A stretch of 32,053 nt of DNA from Oxalobacter sp. (GCA_051885335.1 JBJEXA010000166.1:1-32053), one strand, 5' to 3'. Numbered from the stretch's first letter, positions 1 through 10,015 are shown. Notes: a model not told the origin generated them from the letters alone. Program-made: numbers and translations.

Positions 1-505
1 CCTGCTGAATACTGCCATTGAACGCATGGGCGATACCGCACTCTACACCATACTGACGCAGGAATTTCAAGACAGTATCTACAGAACGCAGGGTATGCAA
101 CAGCACAGGCAGATCATATCTGCGGGCGATTTCCAACTGGCGGCAGAAAAAATATTCCTGCTTTTCCCGTGCAACAGGCGTACTCCGTTCTGGAAGATAA
201 AAATCCAACCCGATTTCACCAATTGCAACAAAATGAGGATCCGTCAGTTTTTCCTGAACCCTTTGTTCCAAGACATCCAAGTCAGATTCTGGACTTTGAG
301 GCACATATAAAGGATGAATTCCTAAAGCATAAGAACATCCATCAACCGCATGGGCAATAGTATGGACATCGGCGAAACTTTCCCGGTCAACTGCCGGAAT
401 AAGGATATGTGAAACGCCGCTTTTTTTAGACAAATCAACAATCTGCGGAACCTTTCCAGAAAAAGGTTCCGCATTCAGATGGCAGTGGGTATCAATCCAC
501 ACCAT
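1..505 (-). CDS. tatD: TatD family metal-dependent DNase (5' part; runs off the window start)
   Basis: Manual translation from ATG at 505: [10 protein letters not shown]...[10 protein letters not shown], matching the TatD DTHCH and GIHP motifs; overlaps the lolD stop. Not in the ORF track because it is truncated. Confidence 0.9.
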   Translation of the reverse strand, partial: MVWIDTHCHLNAEPFSGKVPQIVDLSKKSGVSHILIPAVDRESFADVHTIAHAVDGCSYALGIHPLYVPQSPESDLDVLEQRVQEKLTDPHFVAIGEIGLDFYLPERSTPVAREKQEYFFCRQLEIARRYDLPVLLHTLRSVDTVLKFLRQYGVECGIAHAFNGSIQQ

Positions 506-1205
506 CGTCTCCTTGTTTCAAGGCAGACATCTCTGTCAGAAATTTATCCGACATCCGGTACACCTTGTCACAACGTCCTGCCAGTTCAGGATCATGGGTG
601 ACAATCACAAACGCCGTTTCCATTGTCAGGGACAGTTCCAGCATCAAGTCAAAAATCTGCCGTGCTGTCTCCCTGTCAAGATTCCCGGTCGGCTCATCCG
701 CCAGCACACAGGCAGGATTCGCCACCAACGCCCGCGCCAAAGCGACCCGCTGACGCTCCCCACCAGACAATTCGCCAGGTAAATGGATTGCCCTCTCTTC
801 CAGACCAACTTTGACCAGCATCTCCATCGCTGTCTTCTCGGCAAATTCACGGGATTCCCGGCGGATCAGGAAAGGCATCGCCACATTATCCAACGCTGAG
901 AACTCAGGCAACAGATGATGGAATTGATAAACAAATCCCAAAGTCCTGTTCCTCAAAGCATCACATGCCGTACCGTTCAGTTCTGACAACACCTGCCCAT
1001 TCATGGAAACCGAACCTGCTGTCGGCTCATCCAACCCCCCAAGCAGATGCAGGAACGTCGACTTACCTGATCCCGAAGCGCCGACAATGGCGACACGTTC
1101 TCCCTTTTTCACTTGGAAATCAATATCCCGCAGAATCTCGACTGCATACTTTCCCTGCTGGTAAGTCTTGCATAGTCCTGTGCAGGACAGAACGATATCA
1201 TTCAT
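492..1205 (-). CDS. lolD: Lipoprotein-releasing ABC transporter ATP-binding protein
   Basis: Walker [19 protein letters not shown] LolD motif, LSGGERQR signature, [10 protein letters not shown]. Start placed at MNDIVL (1205), overlapping the permease stop. Confidence 0.95.
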   Translation of the reverse strand: MNDIVLSCTGLCKTYQQGKYAVEILRDIDFQVKKGERVAIVGASGSGKSTFLHLLGGLDEPTAGSVSMNGQVLSELNGTACDALRNRTLGFVYQFHHLLPEFSALDNVAMPFLIRRESREFAEKTAMEMLVKVGLEERAIHLPGELSGGERQRVALARALVANPACVLADEPTGNLDRETARQIFDLMLELSLTMETAFVIVTHDPELAGRCDKVYRMSDKFLTEMSALKQGDDGVD

Positions 1206-2466
1206 AACGCAGTGCCTCCGCAGGGTTGACCTTTGCCGCACTCCAGCTTGGATACAGCGTTGCCAGGAAAGACAGCACAATAGAAGAACCACCAATTCTC
1301 AAGACATCCATCCATTGCAGGTCTGATGGCAATGAACTGATCAAATAGATGTTCTTTGGCAGGAACTGGAAACCGAACAGCCGCTCAATAAAAGGCACAA
1401 TCACATCAATATTCAGGGAAACCAATACACCAAAACTGACACCGATCAATGTTCCCAAAATCCCTGCCAATGCACCCTGCACCATAAATATTTTCATGAT
1501 GGACCGGGGTGTTGCGCCCAATGTCCGAAGGATCGCGATATCCGCCTGTTTTTCAGTAACCGTCATCACCAGTGTCGAAACCAGATTGAATGCGGCAACG
1601 GCAATAATCAGCATCAGGATGATGAACATCATTTTCTTCTCGGTCTGAACAGCCGCAAACCAGTTCTTGTTCTGTTTGGACCAATCCCTGACCATCACTT
1701 CCTGATCAATCAGAAGCAGCGTCAGGTCTTTTGCAACAGCAGGCGCTTCCTGCATATTGTGGAGTTTCACCCGAAGCCCCGTTGGCGCATCCGCTTGGAA
1801 AATCCGCATCGCATCACCAATACTGATAAACGCCAATGTCGTATCAAATTCAAAATGTCCCGCCTCAAAAATACCAGAAACCGTAAACTGCTTCAGCCGG
1901 GGCAGGATTCCAGCAGGTGTCACCTGCCCTTGAGGAATCACAACCGTCACTTTGTCGCCCACACCAATATGAAGCATCCTTGCCAGTTCCTTACCAATGG
2001 CGATATTGAACGAATCAGGTTGCAGGCTTGAAAAAGATCCTTGTTTGAACTGTCTGCCAACATCTGATACGTTGCCTTCCAAGGCAGGATCAACCCCCCG
2101 GACGACCACACCGCGCATCAGATCTTCACGGGTCAGCATCGCCTGGCCAATGACATAAGGCGCAGTCCCGGCAACATCCTGGTTCCGCTGGACAACTGCT
2201 GCTGTTTCCCGCCAGTTTGGCAGTGCGCCGTAAACATCCTGTATTTCAATATGCGGCAGCACGGACAGCATTCTGTCACGCACTTCTTTCTGAAAACCAT
2301 TCATCACCGACATGACAATAATCAAGGCGGCAACTCCCAAAGCGATACCTGCCATGGAAATCATCGAGATAAAAGAAATGAAACGGTTCCTGCCACTGCG
2401 TTTCCCAGAACGCAGATACCGAAGACCGACATACCATTCAAACGGCAGATTCGAAAAAAAACTCAA
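1198..2466 (-). CDS. lolC: Lipoprotein-releasing ABC transporter permease LolC/E
   Basis: GLRYLR...[31 protein letters not shown]-terminus, [10 protein letters not shown]-terminal PAEALRYE; directly upstream of lolD. Confidence 0.93.
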   Translation of the reverse strand: MSFFSNLPFEWYVGLRYLRSGKRSGRNRFISFISMISMAGIALGVAALIIVMSVMNGFQKEVRDRMLSVLPHIEIQDVYGALPNWRETAAVVQRNQDVAGTAPYVIGQAMLTREDLMRGVVVRGVDPALEGNVSDVGRQFKQGSFSSLQPDSFNIAIGKELARMLHIGVGDKVTVVIPQGQVTPAGILPRLKQFTVSGIFEAGHFEFDTTLAFISIGDAMRIFQADAPTGLRVKLHNMQEAPAVAKDLTLLLIDQEVMVRDWSKQNKNWFAAVQTEKKMMFIILMLIIAVAAFNLVSTLVMTVTEKQADIAILRTLGATPRSIMKIFMVQGALAGILGTLIGVSFGVLVSLNIDVIVPFIERLFGFQFLPKNIYLISSLPSDLQWMDVLRIGGSSIVLSFLATLYPSWSAAKVNPAEALRYE

Positions 2467-2608
2467 TGCAACAACTCCTGATTGAAATCCGGCAGTCAGA
2501 CAGACATAATGCCAGAAATCACAATTGTACCCTTTCAGTCATGCCTGACAACACACAACAACAGTCTTTAACAATTCCGGCCACCAGACCTCCGTCCGAC
2601 AACAGCCT

Positions 2609-4300
2609 ATGACCCGCATTACACAACGTCCGGTTTCAAAAAACATCTGCCAAGAACTCGAACAGGCCGGCATACATCCTGTCCTGGCGAGAATCCTGAC
2701 CGCCCGAGGCATTCTTGAAAAAGAATCCATTGAAAACACCTTCAGCCATCTGATTCCCCCACATCTTATGCTGAACCTGGATAAAGCGGCAGACTTGCTG
2801 GCAGATGCCATCATTGAACAGAAAAAAATGACGGTCATTGCCGATTATGACTGTGATGGTGCAACCGCCTGCGCTGTTGCAGTCCAAGGCATCCAGATGC
2901 TTGGTGGCAATATCGACTATATTGTCCCCAACCGTTTCGACAACGGTTATGGACTGTCGCCTGCCATCTCTGAACTGGCATTCAGGGAACATCAGACAGA
3001 TATCCTGATGACTGTTGACAACGGCATCGCCAGTATCGAAGGGGTTGCCCGTGCCAATGAACTGGGCATGCAGGTTCTGGTCACTGACCATCATCTACCT
3101 GGAGAACGTATTCCTCAAAACTGCATCATCGTCAATCCCAATCAGAAAGGCTGCACTTTTCCGAGCAAAAACCTGGCAGGTGTCGGTGTCATCTTCTACA
3201 TCCTGTTGGGATTACGGGCGGAACTGCGTAGAAGGAACCGGTTCAACAAAACCACCCAGCCCCGTCTGGATGTCCTGCTTGACCTCGTCGCACTGGGCAC
3301 TGTCGCTGATGTTGTTCCATTAGACCACAACAACCGTATCCTGGTTGCACAAGGTCTGCAGCGTATCCGAAAAGGCAAAGCCTGCCCCGGAATCTCTGCA
3401 CTCTTCAGGATGGCATCCAGAAACCCTGGCGAGGCATCATCAACCGACCTTGGTTTTTTCATTGCACCAAGGCTTAATGCGGCAGGCAGACTGTCCGACA
3501 TGACCATTGGCGTGGAATGCCTGCTGGCACAGGATATCGACATCGCCATGGAATATGCCCAAGACCTGAACACCATCAACCAGCACCGACAACGTCTGGA
3601 AACCGCCATGAAACAGGATGCCCTGATAAAAACCGATGCCCTCAGACCAGCAAACCGCTACACCATTTGTATTGCCTCCAAAGACTGGCATCAAGGAGTC
3701 ATTGGACTGCTTGCCTCCCGTATCCGGGAAAACTATTATCGTCCGACCATCGTTTTCACCGAAGATGAACATGGCAACCTGCAGGGTTCAGGCAGGTCGA
3801 TTCCCCACCTTCATATCAGGAATGTACTTTCGCAGATTGCAGAACAGTTTCCAGACATCATCTTGAAATTTGGCGGACATGCAATGGCTGCAGGATTGAC
3901 CATCCAGAAAGAGACCTTTCCCCAGTTCTGCGATGCTTTCGAACAACTGTCACAGGAACAGTTGTCTCCTGAACAGCTTGAACCCGTGGTTGAGACAGAT
4001 GGTTCATTGGAGACCCAATACATCACAGAAGACTTTGCTGCATTGTTGGATAGCCAGATATGGGGCGCAGGATTCGCTTCTCCACTTTTCTATGATGAAT
4101 TCACCGTAAAAAGCCAGCGTATCCTAAAAGATACCCATCTGAAACTTCAGCTGCAAAGAGATGGCAGGATTTATGAAGCCATCCATTTCGGAAACAATGT
4201 CCTGCTACCCGACACCGTAAAACTGGCATATCGCCCTGTCATCAATACATTCAATAACAGAACCACCCTCCAACTGAACATCGAAACCGTGGACTGGTAA
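2609..4300 (+). CDS. recJ: Single-stranded DNA-specific exonuclease RecJ
   Basis: DYDCDG, TVDNG, TDHH, ALGTVADVV, PRLNAAGR, GSGRS and GGHAMAAG motifs; divergent from lolC. Confidence 0.96.
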   Translation: MTRITQRPVSKNICQELEQAGIHPVLARILTARGILEKESIENTFSHLIPPHLMLNLDKAADLLADAIIEQKKMTVIADYDCDGATACAVAVQGIQMLGGNIDYIVPNRFDNGYGLSPAISELAFREHQTDILMTVDNGIASIEGVARANELGMQVLVTDHHLPGERIPQNCIIVNPNQKGCTFPSKNLAGVGVIFYILLGLRAELRRRNRFNKTTQPRLDVLLDLVALGTVADVVPLDHNNRILVAQGLQRIRKGKACPGISALFRMASRNPGEASSTDLGFFIAPRLNAAGRLSDMTIGVECLLAQDIDIAMEYAQDLNTINQHRQRLETAMKQDALIKTDALRPANRYTICIASKDWHQGVIGLLASRIRENYYRPTIVFTEDEHGNLQGSGRSIPHLHIRNVLSQIAEQFPDIILKFGGHAMAAGLTIQKETFPQFCDAFEQLSQEQLSPEQLEPVVETDGSLETQYITEDFAALLDSQIWGAGFASPLFYDEFTVKSQRILKDTHLKLQLQRDGRIYEAIHFGNNVLLPDTVKLAYRPVINTFNNRTTLQLNIETVDW

Positions 4301-4303
4301 ACA

Positions 4304-4337
4304 ACAGGGGAGACAACCGCAGACATCTCCCCTGTTT
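4304..4337. terminator. Hairpin between convergent recJ and proC
   Basis: ACAGGGGAGA (4304-4313) pairs with TCTCCCCTGT (4326-4335), followed by a short T run. Confidence 0.6.
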
Positions 4338-4359
4338 CGATGAAAAACGGCAATGTTTC

Positions 4360-5142
4360 TCACTTCTGATAAGCGGCACTGACTGCATCCATCACTGATG
4401 CGCGGAAACCACTGGCTTCTAATGCCTGGACTCCTCGAATCGTGATACCGCCAGGCGAACAAACATCGTCCTTCAGTTTACCTGGATGCTGGTTCGTATC
4501 CCTCACCATCTTGCCAGATCCCAGTACTGTCTGGCTCGCCAGTTTATAGGCAGTGGCACGAGGCATACCATGCAGAACCGCACCATCTGCCAATGCCTCA
4601 ATCATCATATAAACCCAGGCAGGGGCACAGCCAGACAGTGCCGCTCCCACGGCCATCAGATGGCTGGGCAGTTCCTCAACCTCTCCCAAAGCACTGAAAA
4701 GCCCTCGGGTGAAAGCCAGTTCATCAGGCGTCAGATCATTGGTGGCATCAATCAGAGCCATCCCCTCACCCACCATCGCTGGCGTATTCGGCATAATGGC
4801 GCAGACACGGGTCGACCCATCAACCAGTTCATGGTAACGGCCATAAGACCAGCCAGCAGCAATCGACAGTAACGCCTTGCCCTTCAATGCTTCACGGCAT
4901 TCTGCCAATACCCCTTCCACATGCACGGGCTTCACCGCAATCAAGACGACCTCACTGCTGTTGATGACATCTATTGCTGAAGCAGCCATTGCCATTCCGC
5001 ATCTGGCATTCAAGTCCACCATCTTGGCAATATCCAAATCGAACGCCACAGTTTCTTCACCTTTCAGGAAACCAGAATCGACAGCTCCCAGCAGGATGGC
5101 AGATGCCATATTTCCCATACCGATAAAACCCAGTTTTTTCAT
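4360..5142 (-). CDS. proC: Pyrroline-5-carboxylate reductase
   Basis: MKKLGFIGMGNMA Rossmann start, AVKP, SIAAG, MPNTP, VCSPGG. Start placed at 5142 rather than the ORF-track start of 5226. Confidence 0.95.
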   Translation of the reverse strand: MKKLGFIGMGNMASAILLGAVDSGFLKGEETVAFDLDIAKMVDLNARCGMAMAASAIDVINSSEVVLIAVKPVHVEGVLAECREALKGKALLSIAAGWSYGRYHELVDGSTRVCAIMPNTPAMVGEGMALIDATNDLTPDELAFTRGLFSALGEVEELPSHLMAVGAALSGCAPAWVYMMIEALADGAVLHGMPRATAYKLASQTVLGSGKMVRDTNQHPGKLKDDVCSPGGITIRGVQALEASGFRASVMDAVSAAYQK

Positions 5143-5324
5143 CTCAACAATCCTTTCCTGCCATCCATCAGCTGAAGACGGCCTTCCATTTTTCCCGCTG
5201 ACTGTATCTGTCAACAACCATCGCAATTATTTTACAGAAACCTCACAGCGGATGCATAAAACCACAAAAATCATGTATTCTGTACTGATACAGATTTTCT
5301 GGGCTTTTCGGGTAAATAAAGAAA

Positions 5325-5987
5325 ATGAAACTGTTCGATATCATCGGTCCTGTCATGATTGGACCATCCAGTTCCCATACCGCCGGTGCTGTAAAAATCG
5401 GACTGGTTGCCCGGAAACTACTGTGCGAGCGTCCGGTCAAGGCGGATATCGGCCTGCACGGCTCTTTTGCAATGACCGGTGCCGGACATGGAACTGACCG
5501 TGCCATCGTTGCAGGTCTGCTTGGCATACAGCAGGATGACAGCCGCATCCCTCAAAGTCTGGAACTTGCCAAAGAAGCAGGATTGGAAATTGAAATCCAT
5601 TCAATCTATATTCCTAATGCCCACCCCAATTCAACCCGCCTGAAACTGACAGGCAATCATGGCAGGCAACTGGAAATGACGGCATCCTCATTGGGTGGTG
5701 GCAGAATCCTGGTCTCATCCATAGACGGTATCACCGCCAACTTCTCCGGCAATGAGAACACCCTGATTGTCCACGCCAGCCACGACCGTCCAGGTGCTGT
5801 CGCCTTGGTCACTTCCCTGCTTGGTGAACACAACATCAACATCGCCAACATGCAGCTTTACCGACATTCGAAGGGAGGCAATGCGGTGATGATTCTGGAA
5901 TGCGACAACAAAATCCCGCAAGACCTGATTAAACAGCTGTCTCAAGTCGAACGTTTTCCAAAAGTGACATACCTTAATCAAGAATAA
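5325..5987 (+). CDS. sdaAB: Fe-S L-serine dehydratase, beta subunit (C-terminal ACT domain)
   Basis: FDIIGPVMIGPSSSHTAGA, GSFA.TG.GHGTD, HPN, SLGGG, and DRPG...INIANMQL ACT-like end. Confidence 0.94.
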   Translation: MKLFDIIGPVMIGPSSSHTAGAVKIGLVARKLLCERPVKADIGLHGSFAMTGAGHGTDRAIVAGLLGIQQDDSRIPQSLELAKEAGLEIEIHSIYIPNAHPNSTRLKLTGNHGRQLEMTASSLGGGRILVSSIDGITANFSGNENTLIVHASHDRPGAVALVTSLLGEHNINIANMQLYRHSKGGNAVMILECDNKIPQDLIKQLSQVERFPKVTYLNQE

Positions 5988-6487
5988 ATCTGATAATTCT
6001 ATTCTGATACGGTAAAAATCAAAGATTTATAACAAGATAATATTTTTCAAATATTAAGTTTGAAACCTTCCCTGATATAAAAGGGATTGAAGCTTCTCAG
6101 GACTGAAAGGATATTATCCTGATGGCAAGGACCAAGCATAGCTGGTATTCAGGACGAGTACAGTATCGTTAAAATTGCATAGGTTTTCATATCACTGACT
6201 TTTATTAAAACTTAATCAGATGATATTCTTGAAAAGGATATTCATACGATGAAAATATTAATCGACCTGCCAGAAATCTAATATTCCATTAAAGAGAAAC
6301 AGCATTTTATTATGCGGACTGTTACCCAGCGAATCCATCCATTCAAATGAACATCACCTCCCCCCATGACAAAATAAGCATCAAAACCTTCGCCAAGAGT
6401 TGGAAAGACACAGTCATCCTTGAAAAAAACGCCCCTGATCTATTGTTAGGCCCCGGCTTTTCCGTAAGATAATCATCCATGCTTATA

Positions 6488-6530
6488 CCAATCACTGATT
6501 GGAAAATTCCATTTATTTTCACCTGAAAAT
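6488..6530. promoter_or_regulatory. Cluster of three short palindromes upstream of abiEi; candidate autorepression operators
   Basis: CCAATCA-C-TGATTGG (6488-6502), TGGAA-AA-TTCCA (6500-6511), ATTTTCA-CC-TGAAAAT (6515-6530). Confidence 0.35.
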
Positions 6531-6559
6531 GCAGTATTGTTGCAGTTAGTGGAGAAAAT

Positions 6560-7147
6560 ATGATTAATTCAACAGGAATGCTCCTTCAGCAATACGGGTC
6601 TTATACGAATCCAGCCGCTAAAATCGGCAGGATGGTCAAGAGCGGGCATCTGATACCGGTTATCAAAGGGTTATATGAAACAGACCGTTCTGTTCCTGGG
6701 CATTATCTGGCAGGAATCATTTATGGTCCGTCTTATCTTTCTTTTGAATTTGCCCTTGCCTGGCATGATTTCATTCCCGAAGCTGTTTATATCTTTACTT
6801 CTGCCACTTGCGGCAAGAAACGGAAAAAGCGGTATGAGACACCTTTTGGTGTGTTCACCTACCGGGATGTGCCGACCACCGCATTTCCTTATGGAACCAG
6901 GCTGTACTCAGAGGAAGGATACAGTTTTGTGGTGGCATCGCCAGAAAAAGCCATCTGCGATGTCATTTATACATGCTCTCCTTGTGCCAACAGGTCAGAA
7001 CTCCGTCAGCTTCTATTTGAGGATCTTCGGATTGATGAAGCGGCGTTCCTGAATGCAGACTTGGATAAGATGATTTCGCTTGCAGAGCTGTATCGAACGG
7101 CCAACCACCGACTGCTGGTTTCTATGATTAGGGGAATGAAGAGATGA
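6560..7147 (+). CDS. abiEi: AbiEi-family antitoxin (type IV TA), winged-helix transcriptional regulator
   Basis: KGLYET, YGPSYLSFEFALAWH..IPE and ASPEKAICD motifs; GGAG RBS; ATGA overlap with the toxin gene. Confidence 0.85.
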   Translation: MINSTGMLLQQYGSYTNPAAKIGRMVKSGHLIPVIKGLYETDRSVPGHYLAGIIYGPSYLSFEFALAWHDFIPEAVYIFTSATCGKKRKKRYETPFGVFTYRDVPTTAFPYGTRLYSEEGYSFVVASPEKAICDVIYTCSPCANRSELRQLLFEDLRIDEAAFLNADLDKMISLAELYRTANHRLLVSMIRGMKR

Positions 7148-8010
7148 ACAGCATTGTTGAGCAGATGCTTTCTCAGCATGAATCCAAGACTCTGACTGAC
7201 AAGAAGAACAGCATCAAGGAAGTGGTGCAGGAAATCGTCCTATGTGGACTGTCACGGGCAGGTTTTTTTCAGTCAGCGGCGTTTTATGGTAGTACCGCCC
7301 TTCGTATTTTTCATGGACTTGACCGTTTCTCGGAAGATTTGGATTTTTCTCTGGTGAAACCAGATTCTGATTTCCGCTTAGATACCTATCTTTCCGCCGT
7401 GGAGAAAGAGCTTAGAGCATATGGATTCCACTTCAGGGTGGAAGAGAAAGTCAAGACGAAGGTTTCCGATGTGCAGTCTGCCTTTATGAAGGGGAATACC
7501 CGTGAACATCACTTGCTGTGCTATGCAGATGAACGGCTTGCACAGACTGTCGCTGGTTCAGAACTGATTAAGGTCAAGTTTGAGATTGATACCATGCCAC
7601 CCCCTTATGCTACATTTGAACGGCAGTTCAGACTCCAGCCCATTCCTTATGAGATTAATATGTATGATATGCCTTCTCTTTTTGCGGGAAAGCTCCATGC
7701 CGTTATATGCCGTGCATGGAAGGCCAGGATCAAAGGCAGGGACCTTTATGACTATGTGTTCTATCTCGCAGGAAAGGTTCCGGTCAACCTGAAACATCTG
7801 AGCGCACGGTTGGTGGAATCTGGATTTAAAGGTGCACGGGAGGATATGACGTTGGATGAGATAAAACAGATTCTCTTCAAACGTTTTGAAATGATTGATT
7901 ATGCACAGGCAAAAAATGATGTGCTGCCTTTTATCCGTAATCCAGCAGCTCTGGATATATGGAGCAAAGCGTTTTTCCAGTCCATTACGAATAACCTGAA
8001 TGGGACTTGA
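7144..8010 (+). CDS. abiEii: AbiEii/AbiGii-family nucleotidyltransferase toxin
   Basis: FYGSTALRI..GLDRFSEDLDF, KFEID, LFAGKLHA and KGRDLYD motifs. Confidence 0.9.
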   Translation: MNSIVEQMLSQHESKTLTDKKNSIKEVVQEIVLCGLSRAGFFQSAAFYGSTALRIFHGLDRFSEDLDFSLVKPDSDFRLDTYLSAVEKELRAYGFHFRVEEKVKTKVSDVQSAFMKGNTREHHLLCYADERLAQTVAGSELIKVKFEIDTMPPPYATFERQFRLQPIPYEINMYDMPSLFAGKLHAVICRAWKARIKGRDLYDYVFYLAGKVPVNLKHLSARLVESGFKGAREDMTLDEIKQILFKRFEMIDYAQAKNDVLPFIRNPAALDIWSKAFFQSITNNLNGT

Positions 8011-8168
8011 CAGGAAGTCCTCAATCTGAATGCCATCAAGGAAACTATCCAGTTCTTTGAAAGAAGCATACAGCACTGATAAAATCAGATGCGTTGTGGT
8101 GTTCTTTTTTATTGCCTGATGCATTTGTTCAAAGTACATTGCAACAACCTCAAAAGGGTCTCAGATGA

Positions 8169-8219
8169 CCCATAAATCAGTATTTTCCAACATGCTGTAC
8201 CTATTTGAACAAGGAATAA
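8169..8219 (+). pseudogene. Remnant second copy of the sdaAB 3' end
   Basis: Reads PINQYFPTCCTYLNKE* versus the sdaAB end ...ERFPKVTYLNQE*; also supplies the AAGGA RBS of sdaAA. Confidence 0.6.
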
Positions 8220-8222
8220 ATC

Positions 8223-9107
8223 ATGGCATTCCAAGCTGTCAAAGATCTTCTGATTCAGAATAAGACCGATAACCTGCCGCTTTGGGAAACCATTTTGAAT
8301 GATGACCTGAAAGCGCAGAACCTGACTCGTGATGAGTCCATGAAACAGATGCAGTATTTCTGGGATGCCATGAAGCATTCTGCAGACAGCTACAACCCCG
8401 AAGACCGCTCTAACAGCGGGCTTGTTGGTGGAGATGGTGAAAAGATGCGGATTGCCCAGGAACAGAACCTGCTCTATGGTGACAGCTTCATGAATGAAAT
8501 CATCACCACGGCACTGAAAGTCAGTGAATGCAATGCCTGCATGAAACGGATTGTCGCCACACCGACAGCTGGTTCCTGTGGGGTTATGCCGGCAGTGCTC
8601 CTGCCATTGGTAAAAGCTAGGCGGATTCCTGATGATCTGGTTGTGCAGGCACTGTATGTCGCCGCTGGATTTGGGCAGATTGTCGCTGTCAGGTCATCCA
8701 TTGCAGGCTCTGAAGGCGGTTGTCAGGCAGAAGTCGGCACAGCTTCTGCCATGGCGGCAACCGCCCTCACCTGGTTAGGTAAAGGAACTGCAGAAATGTG
8801 CGCCCATGCCTGTGCGATGGCGATTTCCAATTTGATGGGATTGGTCTGTGACCCTATCGCGGGGCTGGTTGAGATTCCATGTGTCCAACGCAATGTCATT
8901 GGTGCAATGAATGCCGTTTCCTGCGCCAATATGGCACTTGCAGGCATCCATCACCGGATTCCGACCGATGAAGTCATTGATGCGATGCGTTCAGTCGGTG
9001 ACCTGATGTCTCCTGACCTGAAAGAAACCGCACGGGGCGGATTGGCATCAACACCGACTGCCAAGATCATTCTCAAGGAAATCAACCAGAAGAACCAGTT
9101 CGATTGA
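8223..9107 (+). CDS. sdaAA: Fe-S L-serine dehydratase, alpha subunit
   Basis: IVATPTAGSCG, GGCQAEVG, GLVCDPIAGLVEIPC (three Fe-S cysteines), KETARGGLA. Confidence 0.95.
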   Translation: MAFQAVKDLLIQNKTDNLPLWETILNDDLKAQNLTRDESMKQMQYFWDAMKHSADSYNPEDRSNSGLVGGDGEKMRIAQEQNLLYGDSFMNEIITTALKVSECNACMKRIVATPTAGSCGVMPAVLLPLVKARRIPDDLVVQALYVAAGFGQIVAVRSSIAGSEGGCQAEVGTASAMAATALTWLGKGTAEMCAHACAMAISNLMGLVCDPIAGLVEIPCVQRNVIGAMNAVSCANMALAGIHHRIPTDEVIDAMRSVGDLMSPDLKETARGGLASTPTAKIILKEINQKNQFD

Positions 9108-9204
9108 CAGTAAGCATTCCAGTCAGACAGGCACTTGCAGGTCGAGCCATCTGTTATACTTGCCTGAATTGAACCTTCAACCAGAACAATCAGGGCTTAG
9201 AACC

Positions 9205-9942
9205 ATGAACAGCAAATTCCCGACAGACTCAGCGATGTACAGTTTCCTGCCGCCATCTATCCTGGGGCATCTGACATTCCAGCCAAAGCCTGCAACCGGT
9301 GAGCCGTTGCCCCCCGGTCTTCATAAACTGAATGCTTCATGCGGAGAACCCAATGAACGGGATACCCTGCTGTTTGTCCCAGAAGGACTGGATGCTTCAA
9401 AACCAGTCAAACTACTGGTCATGTTCCATGGTGCCGGTGGCAGCGCCCAGAAAGTGCTGCCTGATTTCCAGCTTCATGCAGAAAAACACAAATTTCTGCT
9501 GATGTTGCCCCAATCCACTTATCCAACCTGGGACCTGACGGTTGGAGGCAATGGTCCTGATCTTCAGAAATTGGATCAGGCGCTGGCAGATTTCAATACG
9601 CATTTTACGATTGATCCCCGCCATTTTGGATTCTGCGGTTTTTCTGACGGTGCCAGCTATTCCCTTTCCATCGGGCTATCCAATGGACATATCCTATCGC
9701 ATATTATTGCGTTGTCTGGTGGGTTCATGAACCTGTATGTGCCACGTGGCAAGCCAAAGGTGTTCATCGCACACAGCCCTGAAGATGAACAGCTGCCGAT
9801 GAACACCAGTGGCCTTTTCCATTACAAAGAGCTCAAGCAGAATGGTTATGATGTCATTTTCCATGAATTCCATGGACGTCATCTGATTCATCAACCGGTT
9901 GTTGAGGCGGCACTGGACTTTTTCCTCAAAGACACGCTATGA
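9205..9942 (+). CDS. Alpha/beta-hydrolase, phospholipase/carboxylesterase family
   Basis: MFHGAGG oxyanion region, GFSDG nucleophile elbow, H...D and C-terminal His (FHGRH). Start uncertain (9160 TTG, 9205 or 9235 ATG). Confidence 0.8.
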   Translation: MNSKFPTDSAMYSFLPPSILGHLTFQPKPATGEPLPPGLHKLNASCGEPNERDTLLFVPEGLDASKPVKLLVMFHGAGGSAQKVLPDFQLHAEKHKFLLMLPQSTYPTWDLTVGGNGPDLQKLDQALADFNTHFTIDPRHFGFCGFSDGASYSLSIGLSNGHILSHIIALSGGFMNLYVPRGKPKVFIAHSPEDEQLPMNTSGLFHYKELKQNGYDVIFHEFHGRHLIHQPVVEAALDFFLKDTL

Positions 9943-9946
9943 CAGG

Positions 9947-9982
9947 AACATGGCAGGCAACAGTTTCCCCTGCCATGTTTTT
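9947..9982 (+). terminator. Intrinsic terminator after the esterase gene
   Basis: AACATGGCAGG pairs with CCTGCCATGTT, followed by Ts. Confidence 0.65.
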
Positions 9983-10015
9983 ACACAGTGGTTTCAGAAA
10001 CCGGCATAGCTCCTA

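Larger units (their letters stand above)
5991..8222. mobile_element. Non-autonomous inserted cassette carrying an AbiE toxin-antitoxin pair
   Basis: Separates sdaAB from sdaAA; AT-rich left part; bounded by imperfect direct repeats (TTTTCCAA...GAATAAATC at 5954-5990 and 8183-8222). No integrase or transposase visible. Confidence 0.55.

Noticed and set aside
6309-6321. AGTCCGCATAA on the minus strand, resembling the XerC arm of a dif site
   Set aside because: No XerD arm (TTATGTTAAAT-like) at the required 6-bp spacing, so a dif-module origin for the AbiE cassette is unsupported.
7558-8139. 193-aa minus-strand ORF overlapping abiEii
   Set aside because: Mostly antisense to the toxin gene, with no motif support.
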